Positions 37,732 through 51,585 are shown, numbered from the stretch's first letter. The stretch: 64,000 nucleotides of DNA from Geosiphon pyriformis uo1 (GCA_016748015.1 JAAOMT010000760.1:568310-632309), one strand, 5' to 3'. Notes: generated by a model from the letters alone, not told the origin. Numbers and translations are program-made.

Positions 37732-40376
37732 AAACAAATAAAGTCACGTGTTATAATATTAAATCACGTGCTTTTCCGAGGTTGTTACAACTTTTTTTTT
37801 GTAACAGATTGTTACAAATCTATTAATTCTAAAATATAAATTTAACTTCTATTCGCACAAAATTTTATCCGATACGATAATTTGAATAAAAATCTTTTTA
37901 GAAATAGCTTGAAGTTTTTTCATAATTGATTAAAACTTTATTTTATTGTATTAATAATTTTAAACATTAGTTTGCCTTTTATTCATAGAGTTGCTGTAAT
38001 ACAAATCTTTAAAATTAAATATTTAACTTTAAAAGTACAAAATTTTTATATAAATAAAATAATTAAAACTTTTCAACTAATTAAAATAAAGACACTTATT
38101 TTCGCCGTTGTACTCTGTTAATTTTTGAATTGTGTCTAATTTTTCTCTTAATTTCAATAGGGTCATTAGTAAAATTAATTTATCATTTTTGGTTTAAATA
38201 AGTTTAATGATCATTTATTAATTTTCAAGTTGATTGATTCGTGTCCAAAAGTAAAATTTGGTGTTTTAATGAGTGTTTAGACGGATAAGAAGGTATTATT
38301 CATTCAGATTGCAGAAATAAATGTGATTAGGTCTTTTGTGCTTATATTTCAAAATTTGAAGTTGAATTCAGTAGATATTTTTCTTTTAGAATGTTTAATT
38401 GCTTTAAAATAAAATAAAAATAAAAATAAAAATAAAATTTGTGACTTTATAAATTATCATATTTGCTTCTATCAATTACAAGCTCAATAATTATTAGTTT
38501 AAATTGAAAGAATTTATAGCAAAATAAAACTTTGTACTTTTATTATTTTTCTGAATTATGAAGTCTGTCAGTTTTAAGTAGTAGTACTCTATTATAAAAT
38601 GGGATTCAAAAAAAATTAATGAAATTAAAAGTCAGATATTTTCTGATAAGCCAAGATTTAACTATCAATATATCAAAAAACCGACCATAAAATGAAATTT
38701 CGATCAGTTTTTTTAAAATCATTGTCAACAAAAATTTTGATTGTAAACTTTCCAAGCTATATGGTAAAACGAGATTTCAAGAGAAAATAAGACTAATCCT
38801 GAAACAGGCGGTTACAGTACAAACATACTTACTGTCATATGTTGAACGTGGAAAATTTTTATTTAAACAAATCCAATTTTAAAAATTCTCTGTAGCTACC
38901 CAACAAATTTTAACAAGAAGCTTGAATTTCTATAGACCCTATACATATAGTTCTTTATTTCAAGTAATAAGGAAATTGAGACTGTAAATAAAGAGAGTGA
39001 TTTTATCCAATAGCTCATCAATTAGAGAATCTCATAATATTCCTTTCTTGTCCAGGTAACAAATAACTTAGATTGTAAATCGAGAAGGACAATAAACAAC
39101 AGGTGAGTAGTTATTAAACGTTAGAACAGATTTTTACATTATTTTCTTTCATGATTGCATAAATTTAGTGTACTTTTAAATTTTTTTTAAGCATGAAATT
39201 ACCTTCTGACTCTGGGAATGAAAGCTCTAAAATGATATTTTGTTCTTAAAAGTTACTAGATAAAAGCTCTTTAATTTTTTAGGTGATCGAAAAATCTAGT
39301 AATGGGAAGTACAACCAAGTTCATCTCATATATATGTCATGCGTTCAAAATTTTCAAATATGATTATTTTTATTGAAGTCACAAAGGAATTATAGTAAAA
39401 ATCGTAATTAAAGTCATTTTCATAATTGTTATTGTCAGTTTCTAATGCCAATAAATATGTCTTCAATATTTGGTTTTAGATTAAGAATAAATGAGAATTT
39501 TAATTTCATTTCACAAATTTCTTGAAAAACATGAAAATTTCATATTCTTAATAAATCATTTATTGTCTTCTCATCTTCAATGAAAATTCTCTTTATGAAA
39601 AATCTTATTTGAATCTCATTCATCATCATAATACTGTAACTGTGATCTTGAACGTGATCCAATTTAATTTTCAATGGTTTGAGATTTGTCATTATTTATA
39701 CAAAAGCAGCATATATCCATCAAATTCCATTTATTTCAGGAAATTTGTATTTATGCTTAAATTTAAAAATTAAAACGTGTATTACCTTTTCATTGTTTTA
39801 TTTTCAAAAACTTCATATTTAATTATTCCTATACCGCAGTTTGTATTGTGAACGTCCAACCTGACAGAATCAGGATCGGAACTTGTTTCCGTTGAACATT
39901 TCTCAATTTAGCTAGGATTGTTTGAGCAAAGTTTTTAATTTCTTATGTGACTAACCTCTGATATAAACGTATTAACAAGTAACTTTTTGTTAATTTAGGA
40001 TATTTCTCACTAGGACAGGTTTTTTGAGAGATATTAATAATAAACCTGCTGGATTATCCAGCTGATTGCATTTCTCGGCAAATCGTTTATGATTTAAAGA
40101 CAAAGAATTTGGTAAAACATCAACAAGTTTTATTTAAAATTGGTTAATGCTTGGCAGTTCATTCATTAATACAGTTTAGGGAGATGTGGTTTGACTAAAT
40201 TTTTCTTTTTTTGAAAGTACAATACTCCTCAAATGGGTTATTAAAAGACGATAAAAACGCAAAAATCCTGCGACCCAAGTTCTGCGGAATTTGCCAAAGA
40301 ACTTTTTAAATACTCATAAAATTTTAAAAACTAAATTTTTATAAAAAAAGTTATAATAAATATTTTCATAATCGAG

Positions 40377-41825
40377 ATGGCTACTAATAAACGTTGGTCG
40401 CAAATAGGATTCCTCACTGACCTACCACCCACACCAATTTCTCTCGTTAAAGATTTTCAATTTGATGATTTGGAGGTACGACGAAAAAAATATGGAATAT
40501 GCTCAGAATGTGATGCCCCAAACTCTGGGCATAATTGGTGTGGTCCATGTTTAAATCATACATACCAACAAGCATATCCAGATCGTACAAGTGGAAATGA
40601 CACAATCGACACTTTCATTAGTAAATCACAAATTGTTTCCACCTCGAAATATAGTTTTTTTGAATGGATACCAGCAAGTTATTTTTACGACATTGAGCGT
40701 GGATCTAAAGAAGGGTTTGGCACTGTTCACACTGCTATTTGGATGGAAGGACCTATTTGCGAGTTTGATACTCAATCAGACCAATTTCGAAGAGTTGGCA
40801 GAAAAAAGGTTGTCATCAAAACTTTTGAAAATTCACAAACCATCACTGCTGAATTATTTGAAGGGGTGAGGCATTTGAATACATGCATAATTTTATTTTG
40901 TTGAAAAAAATTAAAATTAAAATTAAAATTAAAATAAAAATAAAAATAACTCTGCTGACTTTAGATTGCTGGAAGTCTTCAACATACATTTCGTTATCCA
41001 ATTATTCCATCCTATGGGATTACACAACTTACTGACACATTGGAATATGCCATTGTTTTGCATTACGCAGCTGATGGCGACCTTCGAAAATTTATGCGTG
41101 ATAATATACAAGCAATTGATTGGAAGCAAAAGTTAGATATCCTTCACGATCTCGCAAGAGGGTTACAAATAATTCATGGATATGGATTTACACATCGAAA
41201 TTTTCACAGTGGGAACATTCTTCGAGATGGAGACTCTTCTTACATCAGTGACTTTGGTCTTTCAAAACGCACAAACCACATAATTAAAAAAGGGACTTTT
41301 GGTGTTCTCCCATTCCTTGCCCCAGAAGTTTTATTGGGTCAAGAAATAACTCAAGCTGTAGATATTTATAGTTTTGGAATTGTAATGTGGGAAATTGCCA
41401 CCGGTTCACCGCCTTTCTCTGATATTCCTCATGACTTTGGACTCGCGTTTAACATTTGTCATGGAATGCGACCTAAAATTCCAGATGGAATTCCACAATT
41501 TTATGTTAAACTTATGGAGAAATGTTGGGATCAAGAACCAAGAAATCGTCCAGATGCGGCAACACTTGAAAGAACATTACAACGTTGGTACTCGGACGTT
41601 GTGGAGGATGACGATAGCAAAGAAAGTTGTCAGGAATTTAAAGCTTCACATAAAAATTGGTCACTCCAATCTTTGCCTAAAATTGAAATTAATCCGGGTG
41701 CTATATATACCAGCCGTTATTTATATTTTCCAGAATTGCAAAATTTAATTTTTAAACCAAAATCAGTTGCACATGGTAAGAATTCCGAACCATATTTTGT
41801 GACATGTTTTAAACCGGTCACTTAA
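40377..41825 (+). CDS. Tyrosine-kinase-like (TKL) protein kinase, probable pseudokinase (exons 40377-40865, 40965-41825; 3' end may be spliced further)
   Basis: N-terminal YGICSEC..WCGPC..TSGNDTIDTFI..FEWIP typical of the Glomeromycotina TKL expansion. EGFGTV, VVIK, HRNFHSGNIL, ISDFGLS, LAPEVL and DIYSFGIVMWE. Confidence 0.92.
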
Positions 41826-41997
41826 AAATAAGGGGGTGATACACAAAATATTGAGGAATAAATTGTGGGAATTAATTTGTACTTTAAGTCTTCCTCCATC
41901 TACAAGGATTAAAGTTCAATTGTGAGCTTGAAAAGGTATTTTTGATCCTAATTATAAATAGGTGTGATTAAAGTTAATTTAATTTGGATAGAAAATC

Positions 41998-42021
41998 ATA
42001 TATATATATATATATATATAT
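41998..42021. repeat. (TA)n microsatellite
   Basis: Seen directly; a second (TA)n lies at ~42819-42843. Confidence 0.9.
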
Positions 42022-42849
42022 AATAACTTTAAAATATTTGATACATTGAGGATCACATGAGTGTCATTTTCATCCTTTTTATATTAGCACACCAACTAAA
42101 AAGAAAAAAAATTGTTTTCTATTATGAAATATTGTAGAAACCTATAAAATTCTCAAAAATTATATAAATCTGTTTATTGTTATAATCAAAGCCAAAATTT
42201 AAATAGGAAAGTTTTTATATATTATTCTTTAAAAATAGTAAACAATCATTGGTCTATGATACAATTTAAAAAAGATATATATATATATTGGTTCTCGTTT
42301 CGAAAGTATGATATAGATATTCAAAAAAAAAAAGTGATGAATATAATAGAATTTGAGAATTTTCTACTTGAAGATTTAGTTCTTTTTTGCTATTAAAAAA
42401 AAAGATTTTTAGTAAAAATTAGAAATTTGTAACGCCTAGATGCTTCTCAACATGATATAAAATCTTCCATTTCAAATCGATCCGCAGTTTTTTTCTTTGT
42501 AATACTGTAAAAATGAAACGAAGGTTGTTTCTTGTATTACGTCTTTTTTTTTTGCTTAAATGTTTTTTCCATAATAAAATGTTTATTTTAATAAAAAGGA
42601 TACGTACGTAAACACGGAGATCAATACCCGATTGAAACTTTTCCCTGACATAGCCTATTGAGGTCGCACCTGACAATGAAATTATTAAAGTTGATCACGA
42701 GCAAGTTTTTGGGTAGATGATTTATATAAATAACTTGAAAAACTTTGGCGGGATCTTTTTTATTGAAATCGTGGATTATTTTTTTCTTCTTTTTATCTAA
42801 ATCAAAAATACAATAGCTTATATATATATATATATATATATATCAAAAA

Positions 42850-43265
42850 ATGGTATCGTTTCTTTGGTCAATTTTTTCTTTTTTTACCGTTTTATTAGTA
42901 TTCACCCTTGAACCGATATCTGTTGAGGGTAAGTTTTCCCAAAAAAAATTTTTATTTTTAAAATATATTCAGCTTCATATTTTTTTTTTTAAGTGACCCT
43001 TATTTAACTTTTAAAAATATCAAACTTCCGAATCCTGTATTTCTTGTATATAAAATGTTTAGGACGAGCAATAAATTCTTTCAAGAATTGTAAATACGGA
43101 TGTCCATATGGATGGGAATGTAATATAAGCCTATTTAAGCCTCAATGTGCCCGTAAACCAACGGTATCACCATGTGACGACGCTGATTTTCAAACAAATT
43201 CTAAATGTCGAAAAACCATCGTGAAAACTTCAATATCAAAATTTCGTATCGTACCTGTATTATAA
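42850..43265 (+). CDS. Small secreted cysteine-rich peptide, ~93 aa (exons 42850-42928, 43063-43265)
   Basis: Exon 1 MVSFLWSIFSFFTVLLVFTLEPISVE(G) is a signal peptide with a GTAAG donor. The TTTAG acceptor joins in frame to RAINSFKNCKYGCPYGWECNISLFKPQCARKPTVSPCDDADFQTNSKCRK...; six Cys. Confidence 0.8.
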
Positions 43266-46200
43266 GTTTGTGGTGAATAAAGAAGTTTCGGGTATTTAAG
43301 ATACGAAGAATTTGATGACTTTTTCATAGGACTTTTTAATGAATAATTAGATTTTTAAAGGACCTTTGAATTTAGTCAAGACTCTGAGTGACAGTTTAAA
43401 CCCTTTCTGATTTTGTATAAATTTTTGTAAATAACTTTCTATACTAGTGCTCATTACTTTAAGTATTCGATTTGAATTTCTTTTGGTGAAAATCAAAACA
43501 CTATATTTCAATTTCTTTATCAATTTACAATCGATAAAATTTGTTCAATCTAGCTCATTCTGGATCATCGAAACTCGAATTCATTTTTTCTCATGTAAAT
43601 TCCAGATATTTTATTAGTAAAATAAATTCAACAAACTTTAACCAAAATCCTAATTCATAAGAATTTCAAGTTTCAAAATAAATTTTTGATGATTTCAGAA
43701 CTTTTTGCTTTTATCATATAAAATAAAAACGGTTTGCAAACCTATTATTAATTGGCGTTACTATGAAAACAGGGATGGTCATTTTAAAATCAAAATTTTC
43801 ATATATATGGGAAAATTAGAATTAATAAAAGCTTTGTTTATTGGGGATGGAAATTACTTAATAATCAAAAACCCATCGCAAAAAAAAAGACTAAAATAAG
43901 TTAGATCGATCGTGTTTCGAGTAGTTATTGTTTGTGAGCCCCAAATATTCTAATCGTCTTGATTTTCAATTCATTTAAACATATCGTTATGACTTTATGC
44001 TCATTAAGAGTATCCAATAAAAAAAATAGGCTAAAAAATAAAAATGAGATAAATTCTCATTTTTTTTTTTTAGCCTATTTTTTTGGGATTAAAAGCCTTC
44101 AAAAAAGAGAAATAATTTATTAGTTGTAACGTTTTATTATTTTAAGGTAATTTTAAAAATCAAAATAAGTTCTAATATAAAAATAAAATATAGTCACCGC
44201 ATGGCTTGAGAAATCATCTTGAATAAAAATGAACAAGAAATAAAATCAGGCTATATTCGATTAGTAGCAAAAGATAAATTTCAACCTTTTTTTCCTATGA
44301 GAAATTTTTAAATTTTACGCAAATGAAATCAGGAACAAATCTCCGGGATAACAAGGAGTAAGCCATAATTTTCTTTCCATGCATTTTTATTTGTAAATAC
44401 AAGATTTGAAACCTGTAAATTTGCCTTTTGTTAGTACTTTTTTGGTTTCTTGCAGCACCGGGTTATTAAAAATTCTTAATGGATATGGTTACAAATCCTG
44501 TCAATTTGAAATTTACTAATCTTGGTGAAAGCACATATTGATGCATTGTCGGAAATGTGTGTCATATTGACGCAAAAGAAAGAAAGAAAGAAAGAAAAGA
44601 CTCTTACAGGTAAAAACTTTTTGTATAACTGATGTTTTTAATCCTAAAAAAATTTTGTTTGTTTAGAAAGAAAATCAAATTTGCATTTCAGCTATCACAT
44701 CAAAAACCCTAATTCAATGTAACCCCCAACAATGGCTTTTCTTTTGCGTCCAAAAACTTTTATTGAGATGAATCCTCAGATCGCGATTACTGGGTAGATT
44801 TGAAAGTCTTTTCAACAAGGTAGCGTTAGACAGGTGACGAAATATTTATGAAAATAGAAAAAAATAGTACTGGGAAAAATATTCATAATATTGAATCATA
44901 CAACAGTCATAATGAGATCACTAAATACAAATATATGTATTTCATAGGGTGAGGCTGGTAAAACTACAGATATTTCCTCGAGAAAAAACGTTGATAAACA
45001 CAATAACAAATTTTTTTTTTGTTTTTTTAGTCACAATTCAAAAGGTTAAAGGATTTTAGAATTCAGCAGATACATAAATATTATTAGGTTTTTAAAGATT
45101 GATCAAAATTTTCAAATGTAAACACTAATTAAATATTAAAATAAACACCCCCAATACACATGTCCCTGAAAATTATAGCTTTTAATAATTGTAAGTTTTC
45201 TATTTGTATTTTAAGGCCTCAATTAAGAAATATGCTAAATGGACAAAAAAAATTTCTTAAGTGATAGAAAAACCTAATCTTCATCAAGAATAATTAATCT
45301 TTTCGAAGCCCATTTTTTCTAAAAAGTTGATGTTAAAGAAAACCAAAAATTCAAAACTTTCATGTCAAAAGAAATATTTTTGAGTGTCTACCTGCAAAAT
45401 AAGAAGCCATAAATTCTTTATAACTAAAAATTTATTATCAAAAATGACAAAATAAATCCACTAGTCAAATAAGTGTTGAGTTTGGATGTTTCCAAAAAAG
45501 CCTGAATAAGAAGCCAAAAAAATGTATCTTTTTTTTTTGACTTTAAGGGTTGAAATTATGGGGGTAGTTACGAAAGGAAAATTGAATAAAAAAACGGAAA
45601 TGGTTCTAGCATAGTTTTTCTAAATCTTTATTAAAGTTTAAAAACAGATAAAATATCCAATTCTTTTTAATAAAATGATACAGTTTTGCCACATATAGAT
45701 GTCTTGGACGAAGTTAGCCTCAATTTGACGCAAACAATTAAATCAATTCTTGCAGTAATCAATTTTGGCTATATTTTTACCATCAATTCAATGATAGGTT
45801 TTTATTTAAAAACCAAAAAATCTACAAAAATGTGATGTTTCTCTTCTTTTTTGAGAAATTAAAAAGTATTCAATTTGAGAATCATCTAAATAAAAAGATG
45901 ATGAAACTTAAAAATAACAGAATTTTCAATAAAACACAATATTTTCTTTTTAAACCAATCAATTTAACTCAAAATATTTCTTTTTATATTTTTAAAATAA
46001 ATAATGAATTTTATAAAATAAAACTTATTAATTTAGCATCTTTGATAATCATATAAAATGATTAAAATTATTATTTCATGGTAAAATTTATAAAATTTAT
46101 TGTATTTTTTGATGCAAAATACTTTTAATAACAATGTTACAATACAAATGTATAAAAAAATTAATATGTATTATGACCTTTTGCATCTATAAAAAATAGA

Positions 46201-47303
46201 AAGAATCACCTTTTCTGAAAGGTTTGCCAATTAAAACCTCCAGTAACAAGTTTTTTTGCCATTATTTCTTTTACTTTTTTCTACGTTATGCTTTAAAAAA
46301 GCCCAACTATTCTCAACGGGAGGTTTGTCTGGGCTGTATAATGGCCGCGAGAGGGTGAACATTGTTTCAAGGTCATTGAACACAACATTAGAAGTGTGCT
46401 TTGAATTATTATACGCTGAAATATTTAGTGAAGCCCATATTTACTTATTCTCATTGTTATAAAGATGGTCCTATTATGAGATCATCACAAACAGGTTTTT
46501 CGGAACATTTGCAAAATTATCTGGTCGGAGAATGAGACCTCAAGTGGTTGTAATGGCAATTTTTAACGCCCTCATTGTAAGTATATATTAGGTAAGGATA
46601 AAATGAAGAAATAGGAGGTTGTGCCAAGTCAGTGTATACAGAAATAACATTTACGCGTTGCTCTTTCTTGGAAAGAAGTATGTAACGCGACAAATCTTGC
46701 TAACGGTGTTGCCGCCATTAGGGAATTATATACAATTCCGAACATGCTTGCTGACTACTTAAGTAATTTGAATGAAATTAAAGAATTCGAAGCTTTTTAG
46801 ATTTTTATAGCATGCTACGATCTCAAACCATTACATTTTTGATAAACTCCCAACTTTAATGGGAATTATTTAAAAAATTTACTTGAATCACATATATAAC
46901 TGGTTATATAAAATTTTGTCATGGGTAACCGGTTTAAAACTAGGCATTATTTGGAAAAAAAATTATTTCACCTTCATAAATGATTTTTTATTCCTAATTT
47001 GACTCTTTTAAATGTTGGACGCGGAGTCGACACAGTTTTAAATGAACAATTTAGTTATAAATGAATTTAATGACCAAATTTGCACATTAAATATTCTCTC
47101 GTATGAGAATATAAACGACCACTCTCAAATTTATAAATGAAATGGATGACTCCCCTTTCAAATATAATAATAATAATAATAATAATTCTACTTCCTAAGG
47201 AAACTCTGGTTTTCGATACACTTAATTACAAACTAACCCTTTTCTTTATTAAACCTATTCGAGGTTTTATGTCAACTAATAAAAATTCAAGTTTAATTCT
47301 AAA

Positions 47304-48692
47304 ATGTCTTTTGTTTCAAGTAAATATTTAAACGATTCAGTACCTCTGAATCTGGAAGCAGTATCTGAAAGGGCTATTATATTTTACTTTGTGATGGTGA
47401 TATTGAACTTGAGTGCTTTTTGTGCGCTGTTTGTCCTTTATCGAATCATATTATTGTGGCATTCAAACATAAGATTTCGCAAGCTATGGGAAATTCCGTT
47501 GGGCATTGCTATCGCAGGTAATTTGAATCGAAAAGATATTGTAAAATCATGTGGCTTAAATCATTTAAAAACTGATAATATATGTTATTTAAAATTTTTT
47601 TTAGAGTTGTTACTATGGCCATTTTGTCTTGCCAACCAGGTAAGTAACTTTACCCATCTTTTTTGCTATCGAAACTTTTGAGATAAATTTTAAAGCTGTT
47701 TGAACGTTTAGATATATCCTGCAATTTATGGAGTCCCATTGCCAAATCCATCATGCAAAATTATTGGTGGTGTGAGTTTCTTTTTTATGGTACGAAAATT
47801 TAAAGAGTAATTGTTTTATTAGATTCCTCAGCCAACTAACTAGCCTCGATATTTTTTTTGTTATTAATCTTTTCGCTTTTCATCCACACATTCAGGTCAT
47901 CAACATGCTTTTAATTTTTTCTCAAGCAATATCCGTATATTCTTTTACCGTTCACAAAAATAGATTGCATTATGGAAGATATAACTTCAAGTTATGCTTA
48001 GTTATATTGGTTTTCTCATTAGTGCTTACTCTTATTGGAATTCCGAGCTTTGGTCAAAATAGATTTTGGTAAATAAATATTATCTTTATTAACTTTAATT
48101 TTTGCATTGATTGGTTAATATTTATATATATCTATATCTATATCTATATCTAATCGAAATTTTCATGAAAAAGGTATTTTTCAGATGGCTCAAAAATAAA
48201 TCTCCAAGTTGTAACATCTATTCTTTATATATAATAATTCTACCTTTGACATTTTTTGCTTTTATAAAAGCATTACAAGAGGGTAATAAAACGAGGTGGA
48301 ACAACCCAATTAGGAGAAAATTTATTCGAAAGGCTGTTATCTATATCTCGGTATTATTTATTCAATGGACGCCATTGACTATTTTAGTTAATCAAAAATC
48401 TTTGGGGGTAAGTAATAAGTTTTACGAAAATTTACACTTGAAAATTACTTATAAAGATTATTTTTCTATAGTTTGATCCAACTTGGATTCATATTCTGAC
48501 AGGTGAGAGTATGAATATTTGATAAAAAAAGTTTTTTTTCCTCATATATTTAATGTTAATTGATAATTTAAATTTTCAGTTATAACGACACATTTTGGTA
48601 GTTGTGTGAATCTTTTTCAATTCCTCTATGAAAATAACTCTCATGAAGAAACATCTTCATTAGAGCTCACTTCCCAACAATCTCTGACTTAA
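47304..48692 (+). pseudogene. 7-TM GPCR-like gene (Git3/cAMP-receptor-like), 7 exons, apparently frameshifted in exon 5
   Basis: Same exon structure as 51586-53267 (CKIIGG, GIPSFG, FIQWTP). After the phase-2 intron at 48069, the homologous acceptor (48173) runs into TAA at 48232. The alternative acceptor (48184) creates TGA. Confidence 0.65.
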
Positions 48693-50069
48693 TAAGGAGA
48701 AAGAATTTTAATTAATTTTTTTCAAATCTTTATTTTATTAATAATTAAAATATGTAGACTTGGCTGATTTGTTAAGTGAAAATTTCCTGATTTTTTCCTT
48801 GTTGGGGAAATCGTAATTAAATAATAAAGTCAAAAAATCTTGAATGGAAAATATATCTTGATTTTTTATTGTTAGAATAGATATAAACACGTGTATTCTC
48901 AAATTTAAGATATTATGATGAAATATCCCAAAATTCTATACAAGACGAAATATAAAATTTTTAACTAGCAATTCTAAACCAAGGTCAATTAAATTTCAAG
49001 GTCAAATTAATTTTTTTTTTTGAACATATTATGTTAAACTTTTGAAAAATCTTGTTTTTAAATTTGACTAGGAAAATCTTTTATTGGTCTTTTTAGCTGG
49101 CGTAGTCAAGAGAATGCTAGGTCTATTCAAATTGGATACATGTATTATAAAAAATGATTAACCAGTTCTTCAAATATTCTAAAAAGAAAATGGTTTTTAA
49201 TTGACTATTTAATAAAAGTTTTATTTAAAAAGGCATTATGTTCTCAGTTTTCATATAATCCATGAAATAAATTTCCAATTTTTTTTTCCCAAAAAACCTT
49301 GTTTTAAACATTCATTATTTCAAAAAAGAAAACACTAAAAAAAAGGCACAATAAATTTATCATGAATTAATTTGAAAATTTTACATCTGGAAGCCCCAAG
49401 AAGATACTTTAAAGAAAGTTTTTAATGTTTCTAGTTTCTATGACTGACCTTCACGATTATTAATGTCTTAGATCTTAATATTTAAATCTATGACTTTTAA
49501 TCTTTAAAAAAAATTAGATAAAATTGTGATATCAAAGTGTTATGATCCGAATACATTTAGCATAAAATTTTTGACCTTTTTTGTTATTTATTAAATTATT
49601 ATTAGTATTTTACGTCCCCCAAGATTATCCAATCTTGTGAACAAGAATCCGAGATATTCCTGGCAAATGAATTTTTTAATCATTTTAATGGTATTCAGAT
49701 GGCTTTTGCATTTTTGAGATATATAAAAAGAAAATTGTAATCTACAAAAAAAAAGATAGTGAATGATTTAGTTTCTAGAATTACAAATCTCTATAAACAT
49801 TTCCTTATTTTGTATATATTGATGTAAAAATTTTCAAATATACTAATGATATATATATATATGATTTATTCGTATCATATTTATTCGTTAAATTGTAAAA
49901 AAAAGGTTTTAAATATTGGAAATTTGTTTTATTCCTTTATTAAATTTTAAATCTGAATTTGATAAAAAGACGTTTAAGAATTATATTTATTTATTTATTT
50001 AAAACGATAAATCTCAATCACCAAAAGTCAGGTTTTTCGTTGTTTCGATTATCACTATTTGTTTTTGTT

Positions 50070-50168
50070 CATTTTATTATTAAATTTGTTATCGTTTGTT
50101 GTATTATTAAATTTGCTATTGTTTGTTGTATTATTAAATTTGTTATTGTTTGTTTTATTATTAAATTT
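50070..50168. repeat. 27-bp tandem repeat x~3.5
   Basis: tattattaaatttgYtatYgtttgttK units. Confidence 0.85.
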
Positions 50169-50870
50169 CATAAAATTTCTTATTCAAAAATTTTAAAACT
50201 TTTTAAATGTCATATAATAATTTTTAAAGAGTAAAGCTAGTAATTTTGATTTAATTTTTAAAAATTTTTATATCTCTCATATAACAGCACAAATTCTAAT
50301 AACTCACTTTGTAATTTACACTGAGAATCAGTTATATCTTTAGTGTCCACACAACCTGCTTTTGAAATGAACCCAATAAAAACTTCTCCTGGGCTGTGCA
50401 CTAGCATCAGGTTGTTTTTACTTTTTCAAGAATTTGAAGTATTGACCTATTAAATTTGTGAAAAAGGGAACATTTTTGAACATTTTAAAAATTTGAAATT
50501 TCAAATCTAGTTTTTATTAAAAGGTTTGAAAGAATATAAAAATTTTAAAATGATATCATCAAAAAACAAGAATTTTTCAAAGTTTTTTTTTTGTTTCTAT
50601 TATCAAAATTCAATCTTTTTTAGAAATTTTTCAAATTTGAGTTTTATCAAAAAAAAAATTTTTAACGTTTCATAATTCAAACTTATTTAAAAATGGTACA
50701 CGAGGGTTTAACTTTAGAAAAAACGAATTAAATTTTTTTTTGATTATCTATTTTAATATCTAATTTTTGAAGCTCCATCTTTTTTTTTTGACTTCTAAAT
50801 AAGAATATTCAAAAGAATCAATTTATATGTATTTAAAATTTTTTCTTGAATCAGAAATGATCATAGATGC

Positions 50871-51000
50871 AATAAAATATAATAAAATATAATAACATTC
50901 AATAACATATAATAATATATAATAACATATAATAACATTCAATAACATTTAATAATATATAATAACATATAATAACATTCAATGATATACAATAACATAC
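50871..51000. repeat. 10-bp tandem repeat (aataacatat-like) x13
   Basis: Seen directly. Confidence 0.9.
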
Positions 51001-51585
51001 GTTTAATAATTTTACTTTTCAATAGTTTTATTTTGTTTAGAGTTTTTGAGGTAGTAATTTAAAATTTAAAATTATAAATTTTAAATCTTTTCTTGATTGA
51101 TAAAATTATCGTCTTATTTTCCATTTAAGGTATATAAGGTTTTGCTGATGATATTATTCAAAAGGAAATTTGAAATTTTTAAAGTTTATTATGGCAATTA
51201 CAACTGTTGTGCATTCAGATAAATATTGTTCGATTATGGTATTTTAGTATTGAATTGCCTTTTGTTAAACAATAAAATACTCCTCATTTTTAATTAATGC
51301 AGCAAATTACATTTACATGTTTAAATTTTTAAATTTCCTGTTTCTCAAATTGTTCATTTTAATTGGATATACCAAAAACTTTTTCTGGACTGAGATATTA
51401 GTCATATTAATTTCAAAGTTTTATTGCTTTATTGCTTGCAGATACTTTGTGCATGCCTAAATCTGATTGGGATATAATTCATCCCTAAAAACTTTTTATG
51501 AAAACCATCTTGTCAATGTTACAATGAGGTTCAAATTAATATTTTTTTCAATATTTTTCATCTTATTTTTGATCTCTTTTTTAAA

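Larger units (their letters stand above)
33613..37829 (-). mobile_element. Degenerate Mutator-like (MULE) DNA transposon
   Basis: 9-bp TSD TAAAATATA at 33604-33612 and 37830-37838. Imperfect TIRs (ttgtaacaaYctgttaca..aacaacctcg). Minus-strand remnants: MULE domain (NTAKTNCY*MPL..QALVSNET..IHCIF, ~35270-35520), WTCAFT..TTSRV*GLNNIIK (~34985-35070), SWIM finger CSC..GIVCRHYF (~34410-34460), RKGCP..KS and a CCHC knuckle CSRCGLSGHNSARC (~33847-33890). Confidence 0.88.

Noticed and set aside
46250-46760. GC-richer block that could be a gene fragment
   Set aside because: No frame gave a recognisable or splice-consistent product.
50871-51000. Regularly spaced repeats (also 50070-50168) as a possible CRISPR-like array
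   Set aside because: Head-to-tail minisatellites without unique spacers; no cas genes; eukaryotic context.
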